Source: Myxococcota bacterium
GTDB lineage: Bacteria; Myxococcota_A; UBA796; GCA-2862545
Length of the DNA stretch: 62,231 nucleotides
Reading direction: 5' to 3'
Assembly: GCA_039208735.1 (NCBI GenBank)
Contig: JBCCQY010000045.1
Coordinates: 1-62,231, forward strand
The notes under the pieces were generated by a model. It had not been told where the DNA came from, did no database searches, and worked only from the letters and a program-made list of their open reading frames with translations. The position numbers and the translations under genes are program-made. Every line of letters begins with the position of its first letter. The stretch's first letter is position 1. Below are positions 60,254 through 62,231 of this stretch, one piece after another.

Positions 60254-61236
60254 CGCAGGACCTCTCGCACCGCGGCCCGAAGCCTTGCGACATCGTCGTG
60301 GTAGTACTTCGTGGCCCGCGGCCCCAGCAGCCGCACCTGGTTTCGACGAAGCGCGAGACGGGTGGCGAGACGTACGTAGGTGTCGTGGTCGACCCCATGG
60401 GGCATCCAGCGCCGGGACATGCGAGACCACCAGCTTGCGAGCCGTGGAGGGTGCGTGGCGGGTAGCGTGCCCATCGCCGCTTCTTCGGCAAGTTCCCGAG
60501 CGATGGTGCGGGACTCGGTAAACAAGCACACCTGAAAGACCAAGAACACGAGCAGGGCTTCGATGGGAAAGAGGGCGAGGTTGGCTACGAAAAGCCCAGG
60601 CTCTTCCATTGCTTCAGCCGAGACGATGAGCCCGTTCCACAACGCGTGGACCCCGAGGGCGAGCCCGTAGCCGACGACCCCCGAGGCAAGTAGCGCCCAT
60701 GGCCCGCGAAACCGGCCAAATCCGAGGGCTGCGCCAATGATCGAGGTGGCGGTGGCGTGCATCACCGCGGAATAGAACGTGCGGACCACGACCGTGGCTC
60801 CCCAAGCCATCGCGTTGTCGGTCGCGGCCAGGAAGTAGATGACGTTCTCGGTCATCCCAAAGCCCAGCCCGGCCGCTGCACCGTAGACGAAGCCGTCGGT
60901 CATGTTGTCGAAATGCCGGTTGAAAATCAGGTAGATCAGAATGAGGGCCTTGGCGGGCTCTTCGATGAGCGGAGCGACGAGCACCGGGCCCGTCACGCTG
61001 GCGGCCAGTGCCGGGTCCAGTCCACTGGCGTCGCTTAGCACCAACAGCACCTGCCCAAGCACGGCCGAGCCCGGCAGTGCGATGAGCACCGCAGGAATGG
61101 CCCCCCAGAAGAACGTGATGGTCAGGAGCCAAACCGGCTCCCGGTCGTAGCGGTCGAGCCACCACACCACGGCGAGGAACGTGAACATGGGCACGATCGC
61201 GGCCAGAACGGAGCCAATCAGGAGCAGCAAGGTCAT
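60241..61236 (-). CDS. prsW: PrsW-family intramembrane metalloprotease
   Basis: DRYDREP, APLIEEPAK, GFGMTEN, MHA, HALWN. Confidence 0.9.
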   Translation of the reverse strand: MTLLLLIGSVLAAIVPMFTFLAVVWWLDRYDREPVWLLTITFFWGAIPAVLIALPGSAVLGQVLLVLSDASGLDPALAASVTGPVLVAPLIEEPAKALILIYLIFNRHFDNMTDGFVYGAAAGLGFGMTENVIYFLAATDNAMAWGATVVVRTFYSAVMHATATSIIGAALGFGRFRGPWALLASGVVGYGLALGVHALWNGLIVSAEAMEEPGLFVANLALFPIEALLVFLVFQVCLFTESRTIARELAEEAAMGTLPATHPPRLASWWSRMSRRWMPHGVDHDTYVRLATRLALRRNQVRLLGPRATKYYHDDVARLRAAVREVLRHST

Positions 61237-61285
61237 GGATGCCAGGTTACCCCTCTCACCCTCAAAGCGGCACCGAGGAGCGCGC

Positions 61286-61645
61286 ATGGAACCATCCACG
61301 CCCGAAATGGGGTCGACCTCCCTCGGCGACCGAGACCGAGCCCGGGAAGCGTGGGGTCTGGGTCTAGCGGCCATCGTGTTGAGCGTGTTCGCGTCTTGTG
61401 CCCCGATTTCGTTGCTTGCGGCGCTTCCGCTGGGCTGGATCGCGATGTCGCGGGCCCGGGCCATCCTTCAGAATGAGCCCGATGGCATCACCGAAGTATA
61501 CGCGCGAACCGCAAGAATCACGGGAACGGTCGCGCTGGTTTGGAGCTGCTTCTACATCGGCGGAATCATCGTCATCATCGCGGGCTATGGCGCCGTGCTG
61601 CTCGCAGTCCTAAGCCAGATTCCGTCCACCCCGGGCACCCCCTGA
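61286..61645 (+). CDS. Small membrane protein (DUF4190-like)
   Basis: GAGGAG upstream of ATG 61286; two hydrophobic segments; ARTARITG. Confidence 0.65.
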   Translation: MEPSTPEMGSTSLGDRDRAREAWGLGLAAIVLSVFASCAPISLLAALPLGWIAMSRARAILQNEPDGITEVYARTARITGTVALVWSCFYIGGIIVIIAGYGAVLLAVLSQIPSTPGTP

Positions 61646-61647
61646 CG

Positions 61648-62231
61648 GTGCACGAACCAGGTTCCGTCCTCGAGATTCGAGGTGCGCGGCAGCACAACTT
61701 GCGCGACGTCGACCTCGATCTACCGACCGACGCATTGGTGGTGTGTTGCGGCGTGTCGGGCTCGGGCAAGTCTTCGCTTGCCTTCGACACCTTGCATGCA
61801 GAAGGGCAGCGTCGCTATCTCGAGGCCCTGGCGCGGGGCATGCCGAATGCCTTGCCTCCGAAAGTGGACCGCATCACAGGCCTTCCGCCAACCATCGCGT
61901 TGTCGCAGCGCGACTCGGGACGCCCTGGGCGGTCGACGGTCGGGTCCACGGCCCAGATCGCACCGGTGCTTCGTGTGCTCTTTGCCCGTGGGGGTACCCA
62001 GCACTGTCCGGTGTGTGGCCGAACCATCACGCCGCGGACCCATGACGAAATCGTCGCCGCGCTGCTGGCTCTTCCGGAGGGGACCCGGCTGACGCTGGAG
62101 TCACCGGTCAAGGGAGGGTCGGACGCTGCGGTCATCGAAGATCGTGATCGCGTCGTCGTAGTTAAGGAGAAGTCCGAAGCCGTTGCCCCGGCGGCTACGC
62201 AGACGTTGACGGTGGTCGACCCCGGGCTGAA
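61648..62231 (+). CDS. uvrA: UvrA-like excinuclease ATPase, 3'-truncated by the window edge
   Basis: Translated by hand: IRGARQHNLRDVDL, GVSGSGKSSLAFDTLHAEGQRRYLEAL, RSTVGS, HCPVCG; absent from the ORF track because it has no stop. Confidence 0.88.
   Translation, partial: MHEPGSVLEIRGARQHNLRDVDLDLPTDALVVCCGVSGSGKSSLAFDTLHAEGQRRYLEALARGMPNALPPKVDRITGLPPTIALSQRDSGRPGRSTVGSTAQIAPVLRVLFARGGTQHCPVCGRTITPRTHDEIVAALLALPEGTRLTLESPVKGGSDAAVIEDRDRVVVVKEKSEAVAPAATQTLTVVDPGL

Noticed and set aside
1..62231. Genome-wide UGA reassignment (code 4/25) as an explanation of the two in-frame UGAs
   Set aside because: Many conserved genes (moxR, tolQ, tolR, rnd, M48, PBP1A) end at TGA at their expected C-termini
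1..62231. CRISPR array, rRNA, prophage, integron
   Set aside because: No periodic repeat-spacer pattern, rRNA-like tract, phage structural gene or integrase was seen
62130..62231. Last ~100 nt look less UvrA-like (possible chimeric contig end)
   Set aside because: The frame stays open and this UvrA region is variable; not testable without reads

Overview
High-GC bacterial chromosomal segment, most likely Myxococcota (MYXO-CTERM tail, Myxococcus Cys-rich repeat, AgmX/PglI C-terminal protein, MXAN_5808-type S41 protease, many lipoproteins). The left half is largely accessory: secreted proteins, tRNA-Gly(CCC), a MoxR/DUF58/TatD operon, a histidine ammonia-lyase pair, a TIR protein, BLUF and a haloalkane dehalogenase. 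A small zone of decayed mobile DNA lies at about 33.6-36.5 kb (IS110, Rpn, IS66, IS5). The right half is mostly envelope and housekeeping genes (ppx, tolQRAB, FAN1-like nuclease, M48, PpiD-like, rnd, ridA, PBP1A, S41, PrsW, partial uvrA). Most notable observations: (1) an intact HAL translationally coupled to a full-length paralog that lacks its catalytic residues; (2) a peroxiredoxin-like probable selenoprotein (UxxC plus a hairpin) missed by the ORF track; (3) a second in-frame UGA joining a diheme cytochrome c to a DM13 domain; (4) a membrane-anchored TIR/EAD-like/DUF4384-like protein divergent from a BLUF photoreceptor; (5) a PHM-like copper monooxygenase, cytochrome c and beta-propeller cluster; (6) an IS110 remnant retaining a structured, bridge-RNA-like right end; (7) a zinc-ribbon-capped PBP1A. 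All family calls come from motif recognition by eye. No searches were run.
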